64,000 nucleotides of DNA from an uncultured Eubacteriales bacterium (GTDB taxonomy: Bacteria > Acidobacteriota > Aminicenantia > Aminicenantales > Saccharicenantaceae): NCBI GenBank assembly GCA_964652895.1, contig CAZZCH010000003.1, positions 6,526 to 70,525 of the forward strand, written 5' to 3'. Below the pieces are notes generated by a model. That model was not told the origin of the DNA. It saw only the letters and a list, made by a program, of their open reading frames with translations, and searched no databases. Shown in pieces: positions 43,386-51,997 of the stretch. Position 1 is the stretch's first letter, and every line of letters begins with the position of its first letter. The position numbers were made by a program, and so were the translations under genes.

Positions 43386-44510
43386 ATGCCCATCGAGATC
43401 CGCGAGGTCCTTTCCCGCAAGGACTTGAAGACATTCATCTACCTGCCCGAGAAGATCCACGCCGGGCACGAGAACTGGGTCCACCCCATCTACATGGACG
43501 ACTGGAAGTACTTCGACAAGAAGAAGAACAAAGCCTTCGGCTACTGCGACACGATCCTCCTCCTGGCCTGGAAGGACGGACGGCCCGTGGGCCGGGCCAT
43601 GGGCATCATCAACCACCGCTTCAACGAACACCGGAACGAAAAGACGGCCCGCTTCGGGTACCTGGACACCTACGAAGACAAGGAGGCGCTCCACGCCATC
43701 CTCGGTTTCATCGAGGACTGGGCCCGGGCCAAGGGCATGACCAAGATCGTCGGTCCCTACGGCTTCTCCGACCAGGACCCCGAAGGCTTCCTCATCGAGG
43801 GTTTCGAACACCGGGCGACCATCGCCACATACTACAATTTCGAATGGATGCCGCGGTTGCTCGAGGAGGGAGGCTACGCCAAGGATAACGACTGGTTCGT
43901 CTACAAGCTCGAAGTTCCCAAGGAGCTGCCGGAATTCTATAAAAAGATCTACGAGCGGGCCATGAAGCGCGGCACTTACGAGATCGTCGAGTTCCGCAAG
44001 AGGAAGGAGCTCAAGCCCTGGATCCGTCCCATCCTGTCGCTCATGAACGAGTGCTATATGGCGGGCAACATCTACGGCTTCGCCCCCCTCGGCGAGGAGG
44101 AGATGGACGACCTGGCCAAGCGCTACCTTCCCGTCGTCGACCCACGTTTTGTCAAGGCTATCAAGAAGGACGGGGACGTCGTGGCCTTCATCATCGCCAT
44201 GCCCGACATGACCGAGGGCATCGTCAAGGCCAAGGGCCGCCTTCTTCCCTTCGGGTTCATCCCTGTCCTTCGGGCGGCCAAGAAGACCAAGCAGCTCGAC
44301 CTCCTGCTCGGGGCCGTCAAAGAGCAGTACCGGGGCCAGGGCCTCGACGTCCTCATGGGCGTCAAGACCCTCATGTCCGCCCACGAGGCCGGCTACGAAA
44401 TGATGGACACCCACCACGAAATGGAAGCCAACGTCAAGGTCCGGGCCGAGATGGAGCGCATGGGCGGGACCATCTACAAGAAATACCGGGCCTTTTATAA
44501 GATGATCTAG
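43386..44510 (+). CDS. GNAT-like acyltransferase family protein (function uncertain)
   Basis: ATG at 43386 has GAGGAG 10 nt upstream, whereas the GTG at 43377 is only 2 nt after the GAGGAG, too close for an RBS. The C-terminal half has a GNAT-like pattern (VAFIIAMPD...QYRGQGLDVLM). The long ORF on the opposite strand is considered an artefact. Confidence 0.5.
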   Translation: MPIEIREVLSRKDLKTFIYLPEKIHAGHENWVHPIYMDDWKYFDKKKNKAFGYCDTILLLAWKDGRPVGRAMGIINHRFNEHRNEKTARFGYLDTYEDKEALHAILGFIEDWARAKGMTKIVGPYGFSDQDPEGFLIEGFEHRATIATYYNFEWMPRLLEEGGYAKDNDWFVYKLEVPKELPEFYKKIYERAMKRGTYEIVEFRKRKELKPWIRPILSLMNECYMAGNIYGFAPLGEEEMDDLAKRYLPVVDPRFVKAIKKDGDVVAFIIAMPDMTEGIVKAKGRLLPFGFIPVLRAAKKTKQLDLLLGAVKEQYRGQGLDVLMGVKTLMSAHEAGYEMMDTHHEMEANVKVRAEMERMGGTIYKKYRAFYKMI

Positions 44511-44524
44511 CCGGAACTGTCCAG

Positions 44525-44558
44525 GAGGGACTGTCCCCTTCAAGGGGGACAGTCCCTC
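44525..44558. terminator. bidirectional hairpin terminator between convergent genes
   Basis: A perfect 14-bp stem pairs GAGGGACTGTCCCC with GGGGACAGTCCCTC around a loop of about 6 nt (ttcaag). TTTG follows on the plus strand. Confidence 0.7.
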
Positions 44559-44578
44559 TTTGTCCGAGAGGGGGGCGC

Positions 44579-45820
44579 TCAACCGACGAACGACAGGGCG
44601 TAGGCCCCCGTCAGGAGGACGAGGACGGCGACGGTACCCCAGGAGAGGATGTTATAAACCCGGCCGTTCTTGTGCGTGCCCATGAGCTTCGGGCTGTTGA
44701 CCAGGATCAGCATAAAGACGAGGACGACCGGCAGGACGATGCCGTTGACCACCTGAGAGATGAGCATGACCCGGAAGAGGGGGATCCGGGGCAGGAGGAT
44801 GACGGCCGCCCCGAGGAAGACGAGGAGGGAATACAGGCCGTAGAATTGGGGCGCCTCCGAGAATTTCTTATTGACGCCGTTCTCCCAGCCCATGCCCTCG
44901 CAGACGAGGAAGGCCGTCGACAAGGGCAGGATCGAGGCGGCGAAGAGGGACGCGTTGAGGAGGCCGAAGGCGAAGAGGGCCGAGCAGTACTTCCCGGCCA
45001 GCGGTTTGAGCGCCAGGGCCGCGTCGGCCGCCGTCTCGACGCGGACGCCGGCCTTGAAGAGCGTGGCCGCGCACGTCAGGATGATGAACCCGGCCACGAT
45101 GGTCACGATGAAGCTGCCGATGATGACGTCCAGACGGGAATGCTTATAGTCCTTGACGGCGATGTTCTTCTCGACGACGGAAGACTGGAGGTAGAACTGC
45201 ATCCACGGGGCGATCGTCGTGCCGACCAGTCCGATGACCATTCCCAGCTGGCTCGGCGAGAAGGACAGGCTCGGCCGGACGAGGCTCGTTCCGATCGCCG
45301 CCCAGTCCGGCTTGGCCAGGATCCCCGAGATGATGTAGGTCACGTAGAAAAGACACGCGAACAGGAAGACCTTTTCGACGGACCGGTAATTGCCCTTGAC
45401 CACGAGCAGCCAGACGATGACGGCGCTCAGGGGGACGGAGATGAACTTGGAGACGTGGAAGATCTCCAGGCTTGAGGCGACGCCGGCGAACTCGGCGATG
45501 ACGTTGCCGAGGTTGGTCACGAATATGCCGAAGAGCAGGTAGACCGTGATCCTGACCCCGAAACGCTCGCGGATGAGGTCGGACAGACCCTTGCCGGTGA
45601 CGACGCCCATCCGGGCCGACATCTCCTGGATGATGATCAGGGCGGCCATGACCGGGATGAGGGTCCAGAGCAGGTTATTGCCGAAATGGGCTCCGGCCAT
45701 GGAATAGGTCGCGATGCCGCCCGCGTCGTTGTCGACGTTGGAGGTGATGATGCCGGGGCCCATGACGGCCAGGAAGAGCAGGAGGCCCCTCCAGCGGCGC
45801 TTGATCCCGTCCTTGATCAC
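44579..45820 (-). CDS. Nramp/SLC11-family transporter with non-canonical (NRMT-like, putative Mg2+) metal-site motifs
   Basis: The start codon is GTG. TM1 reads GPGIITSNVDNDAGGIAT, so DAGG replaces DPGN. TM6 reads GTTIAPWMQFYLQS, so T-x-x-A-P-W replaces A-x-x-M-P-H. The product has about 11 TM helices. Confidence 0.85.
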   Translation of the reverse strand: MIKDGIKRRWRGLLLFLAVMGPGIITSNVDNDAGGIATYSMAGAHFGNNLLWTLIPVMAALIIIQEMSARMGVVTGKGLSDLIRERFGVRITVYLLFGIFVTNLGNVIAEFAGVASSLEIFHVSKFISVPLSAVIVWLLVVKGNYRSVEKVFLFACLFYVTYIISGILAKPDWAAIGTSLVRPSLSFSPSQLGMVIGLVGTTIAPWMQFYLQSSVVEKNIAVKDYKHSRLDVIIGSFIVTIVAGFIILTCAATLFKAGVRVETAADAALALKPLAGKYCSALFAFGLLNASLFAASILPLSTAFLVCEGMGWENGVNKKFSEAPQFYGLYSLLVFLGAAVILLPRIPLFRVMLISQVVNGIVLPVVLVFMLILVNSPKLMGTHKNGRVYNILSWGTVAVLVLLTGAYALSFVG

Positions 45821-45866
45821 GGCCCACCCCCGGTTCCCGCGGCCTTCCGGCGGAGGCGGCGTTCGC

Positions 45867-47129
45867 TCATAGCTCTTCCGCCGTCGCCTGGACGATGTCC
45901 TGGAGGGTGATGATCCCCCGGATGACGAGGTCCCTGTCCACGACCGGGACGGCCAGGAATTTGTACTTGTTGAAGACGTCGGCGACCGTGGCGATGTCGT
46001 CGTCCGCCTCGACCATCAAGACATGGGGGTTCATGAGCGCCCCCAGCCTTTCCTCCCGGTTGCAGAGGAGGAGATGGCGGAGGGTGATGACCCCGGCCAG
46101 CCGCCGGTCCTCCCCGATCACATAGATGTAGGCGACCGTCTCCAGGGGGTGGACCGCATGGCGGAACGCTTCGACGGCGTCGGCGATCGTCCGGTCCCCG
46201 CCCAGGGCGAGGAAATCGGTGGTCATGATGCTCCCGGCCGTTCCCTCCTCGTGCTTCAGGAGACCCTCGACCTGCTCGCGGAAGGGCTTTTCCATCGTCC
46301 CGATGAAACGCTCCTTTTTCTCCTCCGGCAGGTCGGCGAGAAAGTCCCTGGCCTCGTCCGGCTCCATGCTCTCGAGGATGTCGGACGCCTGTTCGGGAGG
46401 GGCCGTCTCGATCAGGGACAGCTGCAGCCGGGGATCGACCTCTTGAAGAGTCTCCGCGGCGGTCTCCGTGTCCAGGGACCGGAAGACGGACGACCGGTTG
46501 GCCCGGTCGAGATCCTCGATGATGTCCGCGATATCCGAGGGGTGCAGATCGCGGAGCTTGCGCACGGTGACGTTCAGCTTGAGGTTCCTTTTCGGGTCGC
46601 TGGCCAGGGGTTGGACGAATTTCCAGGACGCCAGCTTCTCCGGGAGGCGGTAGGAGAAAAGCCAGTCCGAGGCGGCGTCGATCGCCCTCATCCAGCCGAG
46701 GCGGCGCAGGATACCGCGCATGCCGAAATCGACATGGGCGATGCGGAGCTCGCCATGGACGGCCAAAAGATGGATGTCGTTGACCCGCTCGATCTTGGCC
46801 CCGGAGGTGTCGACGACCTGTTTGTCGAGGAGGTCTTCCCGGAGCAGGATCTCCCGGCTCCCGACCTCGAGGGCGGTCAGTCGGCCGTCCGCGCCGGGTT
46901 TGAGGACGGCGGAGCGGCCGCGGATCGTTTCGACCCAGCTCCAGTCGAGGGCTCGGGCCGATTTCTCGTGCCGGCTGCGGATGACGAGGGAGTTGACCTT
47001 CGGGAAGAGCTCGCCCAGCTGGACCTTAAGGTCGGTCAGCCGGCCGCGGACTTTCCCCTCCGGGTCGGAAACGGGAAGGTCCAACAAATCGGAAAAATAG
47101 AGGAACATCTTCGAACCTTCGTCGTTCAT
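45867..47129 (-). CDS. soluble PRC-barrel / MgtE-N / CBS-pair protein (MgtE cytosolic sensor module without a membrane domain)
   Basis: The internal ATG at 47129 has GGAGAG 6 nt upstream. An MgtE-N-like acidic helical region is present (ETAAETLQEVDPRLQLSLIETAPPEQASDILESMEPDEARDFLADLPEEKK). It is followed by two CBS motifs, and the protein ends directly after them. Confidence 0.8.
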   Translation of the reverse strand: MNDEGSKMFLYFSDLLDLPVSDPEGKVRGRLTDLKVQLGELFPKVNSLVIRSRHEKSARALDWSWVETIRGRSAVLKPGADGRLTALEVGSREILLREDLLDKQVVDTSGAKIERVNDIHLLAVHGELRIAHVDFGMRGILRRLGWMRAIDAASDWLFSYRLPEKLASWKFVQPLASDPKRNLKLNVTVRKLRDLHPSDIADIIEDLDRANRSSVFRSLDTETAAETLQEVDPRLQLSLIETAPPEQASDILESMEPDEARDFLADLPEEKKERFIGTMEKPFREQVEGLLKHEEGTAGSIMTTDFLALGGDRTIADAVEAFRHAVHPLETVAYIYVIGEDRRLAGVITLRHLLLCNREERLGALMNPHVLMVEADDDIATVADVFNKYKFLAVPVVDRDLVIRGIITLQDIVQATAEEL

Positions 47130-47172
47130 CCGACGCTCTCCGAACCGCGATCCCGTACCGGACTTATGGGCC

Positions 47173-47201
47173 GTTATAGCACACGTTCGGGGAGGAGTAA
47201 A
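47173..47201 (-). promoter_or_regulatory. sigma-70-type promoter candidate for the CBS-protein/Nramp pair
   Basis: The minus strand reads TTTACT, a 17-nt spacer, then TATAAC, leaving a leader of only about 40 nt. Confidence 0.3.
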
Positions 47202-47214
47202 GGCGCCGGCGGGG

Positions 47215-49884
47215 CTATTTCGCGTCGGCCCAGTTCGGGCCGCAGCCCAGGCGGACCTTGAGAGGAACGAGCAGCTCGGCCGCCCCCTCCATGGCCGTAC
47301 GGACCAAGGGCTCGACCTCCGATCTTTCCCTTTCGGGAACCTCAAAAACGAGTTCGTCGTGGACCTGAAGGATCATCCGCGTCCGGAGACCCCGGGCCTC
47401 GATCTCCCGGGCGGCGCGAAGCATGGCCTCCTTGATGAGGTCGGCCGCCGAGCCCTGGATGGGGTTGTTGAGGGCGATCCGCCGGCCGGCCTGCTGGAGG
47501 TTCCGGTCCGGCATGCGCAGCTCCGGGACCTGCCGTTTCCGGCCGAAGATCGTCTCGGAATAGCCCCGCTCACGGGCCTCCTCGACGACCTTGTCGAGGT
47601 AGGCCTTGACGCCCGGGAGTTCGCCGAAGTAACGGTCGATGAACTTTTGGGCTTCGGCCACCGACGTCCCCAGCTCTTTGGCCAGGGAAAAGGCGGAGGT
47701 CCCGTAGACGATGCTGAAATTGATGATCTTGGCCCGCCGCCGCGTCTCCTCCCCGGCATTCTCCCCAAAGACGAGCCGTGCGGTCTCCTCATGGACGTCC
47801 CGGTCCTCGAGGAACGTGGCGATGAGCTTGGGGTCCTTCGAGAGATGGGCCAAGACGCGCAGCTCGATTTGGGAATAGTCGGCGGCCAGCAGGAGATGTC
47901 CTTTGTCCGGGATGAAGGCTCGGCGGAAACGCGCCCCCCACGGGCCCCGGGCGGGGATGTTCTGGAGGTTCGGCTCGCTCGACGACAGGCGGCCGGTTGA
48001 AGCCACGGTCTGGTTGTAAGAGGTGTGGATGCGGCCCGTGGCCGGGTTGATGAGCTGGGGGAGGGCATCGGCATAAGTCGACTTGAGTTTGGCCATCTGC
48101 CGGTAATCGAGGACGTGCCGGGCCAGGGGGTGGACCGCGGCCAGCTCCTCGAGGATGTCGAGAGAAGTGGAGTAACCCTTGGTGATCTTCGTCCGCCGGG
48201 AGGACGGCAGTCCCAGCTTGTGGAAGAGGATGTCGCCCAACTGGCGGGGCGAGTTGATGTTGAAGGCCCCCCCGGCGAGCGCGTGGATCTCCTTTTCCAA
48301 GCGCCCCAGCTCCCCTCCCAGCTCCTTGGACATGGACTTCAGGACCTCGGTATCGACGCGCACGCCCCATATCTCCATCCGGGCCAGGAGCCCGATGAGG
48401 GGCCGTTCGATATCTTCGTAAAGTCGGTCGAGGCTCTTGGCCTCGATCTTCTCCCAGAGGACGGAACCGAGCTCCAGGGCCAGGGCGGCGTCCTGGCAGG
48501 CGTATGGAGCGGCCCGCTCGATCTCGACCTTGTCCATCGTCAGCTCGTTTTTCCCCCGGCCGACGATGTCCTCGTAAGGTGCCTTGGTCTCCTGGAGGTA
48601 ATGGAGGGCCAGCTTCTCGAGGCCGTGCCGGCCCCAGTTTGGCTCGAGGAGGTAGGACAGAACCATCGTGTCCTTGGAGACCCCGGCCAGGCGAACGCCC
48701 TCGCGTTCGAGGACGATAAGGTCGTACTTGATGTTTTGGCCGATTTTACGGACGGCCGGGTCCTCCAGGACGGAGCGGAGGATGTCCAGGGCGCGCTCCT
48801 TGGGGATCTGGGGCGGAACGCCCAGGTAGTCGTGGCCGACGGGGACGTAGAAAGCCTCTCCCGGGAGAAGGGAAAAGGACAGCCCGACGAGGCGGGCCCG
48901 GGTCGGGGAAGCGCTGTCGGTTTCCGTGTCCAAAGCCACTTCTCCGGCTGCGGCGATCCGGGCGGCGAGCGCTCGGAGCTTGTCCTCCTCGAAGATCGTG
49001 TGAAATTCTTTTGCGGCTCGGAGCCGCGGCTTCTTCAGAAAATCGGCCAGGAGGGAGGAGAACTCGAGCTCCTGAAAAAGCCGGATGGTCTCCTTCTCGT
49101 CGGGCTCCTGGACGGCGTAACGTGCCAGGTCCAGCTCGAGGTCGAGGTCGCGGGTCACCGTGACGAGCCGCTGGCTGAGCTCGAGGAGCTCCCGGTTCTG
49201 GATGATCCTCTCCCGGACGCGGGGGTTCTTGACCCGGTCGATGTTCCGGAGGAGGTTGTCGAGGGAACCGAACTCCTGGATGAGGGATTTGGCCGTCTTC
49301 TCCCCGATCCCGGGCACGCCGGGGACGTTGTCCGTCGGGTCGCCCCATAGGGAGAGGACGTCGACGACCTCCCCGGCCCCAACCCCGAAGACGTCCTTGA
49401 CGCCCGCCGCGTCGATGGTCGTTTCCTTCGACGGATTCCAGATGGACGTCGTGGCGTCGACGACCTGGAGGAGGTCCTTGTCCGTGGTCACGATGACGGT
49501 CAGGATCCCCTTCGCCGCCGCCCGCGCGGCCAGCGAGGCCAGGGCATCGTCGGCCTCGTACTTTGGGTATTCGGCCGTGGCTATGCGCAGGGCCCCGAGG
49601 ACGTCCTTGAGAACCGGGAGCTGGGCGACGAGGTCCTCGGGCATCGGCTTGCGGTGGGCTTTGTAGGCGCCGAACTCCTCATGGCGGACCGTCGGTCCCT
49701 CGACGTCGAAAACGACGCCGAGATAGTCGGGTTTTTCCTTGTCGACGATCTTCCGCAGGGCGTTGAGGAAGCCGTAGATGGCGCCCGTCGGGAAGCCGCC
49801 GGAGTTGGAGAGACCCGGGATGGCGTAGTAGGAACGGTAGAGGAGGGAATGCCCGTCGATGAGGAAGAGACGTTTCGGACTCAG
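47215..49884 (-). CDS. polA: DNA polymerase I
   Basis: A 5' nuclease domain (RLFLIDGHSLLYRSYYA), an exonuclease-like middle domain, and polymerase motifs (DYSQIELRVLAH, RRRAKIINFSIVYG, QVHDELVFE) are all present. The start is uncertain. 49884 is a CTG overlapping the upstream stop, and no in-frame ATG/GTG/TTG lies nearby. Confidence 0.85.
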   Translation of the reverse strand: MSPKRLFLIDGHSLLYRSYYAIPGLSNSGGFPTGAIYGFLNALRKIVDKEKPDYLGVVFDVEGPTVRHEEFGAYKAHRKPMPEDLVAQLPVLKDVLGALRIATAEYPKYEADDALASLAARAAAKGILTVIVTTDKDLLQVVDATTSIWNPSKETTIDAAGVKDVFGVGAGEVVDVLSLWGDPTDNVPGVPGIGEKTAKSLIQEFGSLDNLLRNIDRVKNPRVRERIIQNRELLELSQRLVTVTRDLDLELDLARYAVQEPDEKETIRLFQELEFSSLLADFLKKPRLRAAKEFHTIFEEDKLRALAARIAAAGEVALDTETDSASPTRARLVGLSFSLLPGEAFYVPVGHDYLGVPPQIPKERALDILRSVLEDPAVRKIGQNIKYDLIVLEREGVRLAGVSKDTMVLSYLLEPNWGRHGLEKLALHYLQETKAPYEDIVGRGKNELTMDKVEIERAAPYACQDAALALELGSVLWEKIEAKSLDRLYEDIERPLIGLLARMEIWGVRVDTEVLKSMSKELGGELGRLEKEIHALAGGAFNINSPRQLGDILFHKLGLPSSRRTKITKGYSTSLDILEELAAVHPLARHVLDYRQMAKLKSTYADALPQLINPATGRIHTSYNQTVASTGRLSSSEPNLQNIPARGPWGARFRRAFIPDKGHLLLAADYSQIELRVLAHLSKDPKLIATFLEDRDVHEETARLVFGENAGEETRRRAKIINFSIVYGTSAFSLAKELGTSVAEAQKFIDRYFGELPGVKAYLDKVVEEARERGYSETIFGRKRQVPELRMPDRNLQQAGRRIALNNPIQGSAADLIKEAMLRAAREIEARGLRTRMILQVHDELVFEVPERERSEVEPLVRTAMEGAAELLVPLKVRLGCGPNWADAK

Positions 49885-50126
49885 TCGTACCTGCCTTCGA
49901 CGATCTGTCCCAGGATCGTCTTGTGCTGGTCCTCCATCATCCGTCCGATCCGCTCCGCGAAGTCGGGCAAGTTCATGTAGGCGGTGTAAGAAGCCCTCTT
50001 GGAGGCGAGCAGCCGGCCCGACTTGTAGATCAGAGATTCGACGTATTGGACGGCGAGCCCCTTGTCCTGGGTCTGAACGTTGTAGGCGTCCCCCCGGTAT
50101 TCCACACGGGTGTTGTAGCCGCTCAT
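49881..50126 (-). CDS. hypothetical 81-aa protein
   Basis: It translates MSGYNTRVEYRGDAYNVQTQDKGLAVQYVESLIYKSGRLLASKRASYTAYMNLPDFAERIGRMMEDQHKTILGQIVEGRYD. Its balanced composition is unlike the R/G/P-rich artefact ORFs. I recognised no family. Confidence 0.5.
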   Translation of the reverse strand: MSGYNTRVEYRGDAYNVQTQDKGLAVQYVESLIYKSGRLLASKRASYTAYMNLPDFAERIGRMMEDQHKTILGQIVEGRYD

Positions 50127-50197
50127 GACGATCGTTCCCCCTCATTATACCTGTCCGGGCCGCCGGTTCAAGCCCGATTTCTTCAGCCAGGGGCGAA

Positions 50198-50226
50198 TTT
50201 GACAACCCGGTCCCACTTGGTATAAT
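50198..50226 (+). promoter_or_regulatory. consensus sigma-70 promoter for yceD-rpmF-plsX
   Basis: TTGACA (50198-50203) is followed by a 17-nt spacer and TATAAT (50221-50226). Confidence 0.6.
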
Positions 50227-50255
50227 AAGGTGAAATTTTTTCCGAGGATGATCAT

Positions 50256-50786
50256 TTGGACACAACGATGCTGATCGATATCGACCGCCTGCCGAAGGAA
50301 GGGCTCCACCTGTCCAGGGATTTCGAGTTCCTGAGCCTTGACCTGATCGAGGAGAATGTCGTCTTCCTCGAGCCGGCCCACGCCGAGGTCGCCATCCGCC
50401 TCATCGGCGAGGAGATCCTCGTCCGGGGCGAGATCACGGCCCGGCTGAGCTTCGTCTGCTCGCGCTGCCTGACCCCCTTCGAATTCCCCGTGGCCAGCCG
50501 GTTCGACCTCGTCTACCTCCCCGAGGAGATCGACGCCCTGTCCGATGAGCTGTCCGACGAAAAGATCGATCAGATGTTCTACAGCGGCCGCCAGCTCGAC
50601 CTGCGGGTCGTCGTCCTCGAGCAGCTGAACCTGACATTCCCGGCGAAACCCCTTTGCGCGGCCGACTGCGAAGGCCTCTGCGCCGTCTGCGGCGAGCTTA
50701 TCCGTGACGCCAAGTGCTCGTGCCTCGTCAAGGAGTTCGATTCCCGTTGGAATAAAATCAAATTCGACGTGAGAGACAAGAGTTAA
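50256..50786 (+). CDS. yceD: YceD/DUF177 family protein
   Basis: The TTG start has GAGGA 7 nt upstream. The CxxC motifs are FVCSRCL and CEGLCAVCG. It lies immediately upstream of rpmF, as is typical. Confidence 0.8.
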   Translation: MDTTMLIDIDRLPKEGLHLSRDFEFLSLDLIEENVVFLEPAHAEVAIRLIGEEILVRGEITARLSFVCSRCLTPFEFPVASRFDLVYLPEEIDALSDELSDEKIDQMFYSGRQLDLRVVVLEQLNLTFPAKPLCAADCEGLCAVCGELIRDAKCSCLVKEFDSRWNKIKFDVRDKS

Positions 50787-50969
50787 ATGCCTAATCCAAA
50801 GAGACGCCATTCGCCGACGAGAAAAGGGAAACGCCGGGCCCACGACGGGCTCACCATCCCCACCTTCTCCGTCTGCCCCAAGTGCGGCAATCCCAAGCTG
50901 CCGCACCGGGCCTGCCCCGAGTGCGGGTACTACAAGGGACGGCAGGTGACGGAAGGGACCGAAGACTGA
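50787..50969 (+). CDS. rpmF: 50S ribosomal protein L32
   Basis: The sequence is MPNPKRRHSPTRKGKRRAHD...CPKCGNPKLPHRACPECGYY. Confidence 0.95.
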   Translation: MPNPKRRHSPTRKGKRRAHDGLTIPTFSVCPKCGNPKLPHRACPECGYYKGRQVTEGTED

Positions 50970-50983
50970 CACGGGTCTCGCGC

Positions 50984-51997
50984 ATGAGAATCGCCGTCGA
51001 CGCGATGGGGGGGGATTTCGGCCCTAAGGCCACCGTGCCCGGCGCCCTGCAGGCGGCCGGGGATTTCGGTGTCGACATCCTCCTCGTCGGCCTTGAAAGC
51101 GTCATCCGCCGGGAGATCGACCGGAGCGGGCTCAAGCCATCCCGAACGACCGTCATCGACGCGCCGGAGGCGATCGGCATGGGCGAGAGCGTCCTCGCCT
51201 TTCGGAAAAAGAAGGCCTCCTCCATTCGGGTCGGGGCCCAGCTCGTCAAGGACGGCCGGGCCGACGCCTTCGTCAGCATGGGCAATACCGGGGCGGTCGT
51301 ATATATCTCCCGCGACGTCCTGGGCGCCCTCAAGGGCGTGGACCGGCCGGCCCTTGCCCTCCTCGTCCCCGGGGTCGAGGGGCAGACCCTGCTCATCGAC
51401 GTGGGGGCCAACGCCAACTGCCAGCCCCACAACCTCGTCCAGTTCGCGATCATGGGCAAGATCTTCATGGAGGCGGTCGTCGGAGTGAAGGACCCCCGGG
51501 TGGGGTTGATGAGTATCGGCGAGGAAAAAGGCAAGGGCAACGACCTCGTGCGCGAGACGTTCGACAGGCTCCAGACGGTGCCCATGCGCTTCATCGGCAA
51601 CGTCGAAGGGAAGGACCTGTTCTCCGGCGTCGCCGACGTCATCGTCAGCGACGGTTTCACCGGGAACGTGGCCCTCAAGGTCTCGGAAGGGGTCGTCCAG
51701 AGCGTCCTGTCGATGGCCCGCCACGAGATCACCAAGAACATCTTCGCCAAGCTCGGCTACCTCCTCATGAAGCGACACCTGAAAAAGATCTACAAGAAGG
51801 TGGATTACTCCGAATACGGCGGCGCCCAGCTCCTCGGCGTCGACGGCGTCTGCATCATCGGCCACGGCCGGTCCAACCCGGCCGCCGTCCGCAGCGCCGT
51901 CCTTCGGGCCCGGGAGTTCGTCGCGAACCGGGTCCAGGAGAAGATCCAGGCGGAGATCCTGCGCTACGAGCATGCGCTCAAAGGAGTCAACGCATGA
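50984..51997 (+). CDS. plsX: phosphate acyltransferase PlsX
   Basis: The internal ATG gives [14 protein letters not shown], and the sequence continues ...GNTGA...GFTGNVALK. Confidence 0.95.
   Translation: MRIAVDAMGGDFGPKATVPGALQAAGDFGVDILLVGLESVIRREIDRSGLKPSRTTVIDAPEAIGMGESVLAFRKKKASSIRVGAQLVKDGRADAFVSMGNTGAVVYISRDVLGALKGVDRPALALLVPGVEGQTLLIDVGANANCQPHNLVQFAIMGKIFMEAVVGVKDPRVGLMSIGEEKGKGNDLVRETFDRLQTVPMRFIGNVEGKDLFSGVADVIVSDGFTGNVALKVSEGVVQSVLSMARHEITKNIFAKLGYLLMKRHLKKIYKKVDYSEYGGAQLLGVDGVCIIGHGRSNPAAVRSAVLRAREFVANRVQEKIQAEILRYEHALKGVNA

Noticed and set aside
43305-44582. 425-aa minus-strand ORF opposite the GNAT-like gene
   Set aside because: The plus-strand frame has an RBS, balanced K/E/Y/F-containing composition and a GNAT-like pattern. 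The minus-strand frame is G/V/D/L/H/P-rich without motifs.
47130-47214. Possible M-box (Mg2+) riboswitch upstream of the MgtE-N/CBS gene
   Set aside because: The whole intergenic region is 85 nt, and the leader after the candidate promoter is about 40 nt. That is far too short for an M-box aptamer.
46023-49350. Plus-strand ORFs 46023..47261 (412 aa) and 48025..49350 (441 aa)
   Set aside because: They lie antisense to the MgtE-N/CBS gene and polA.
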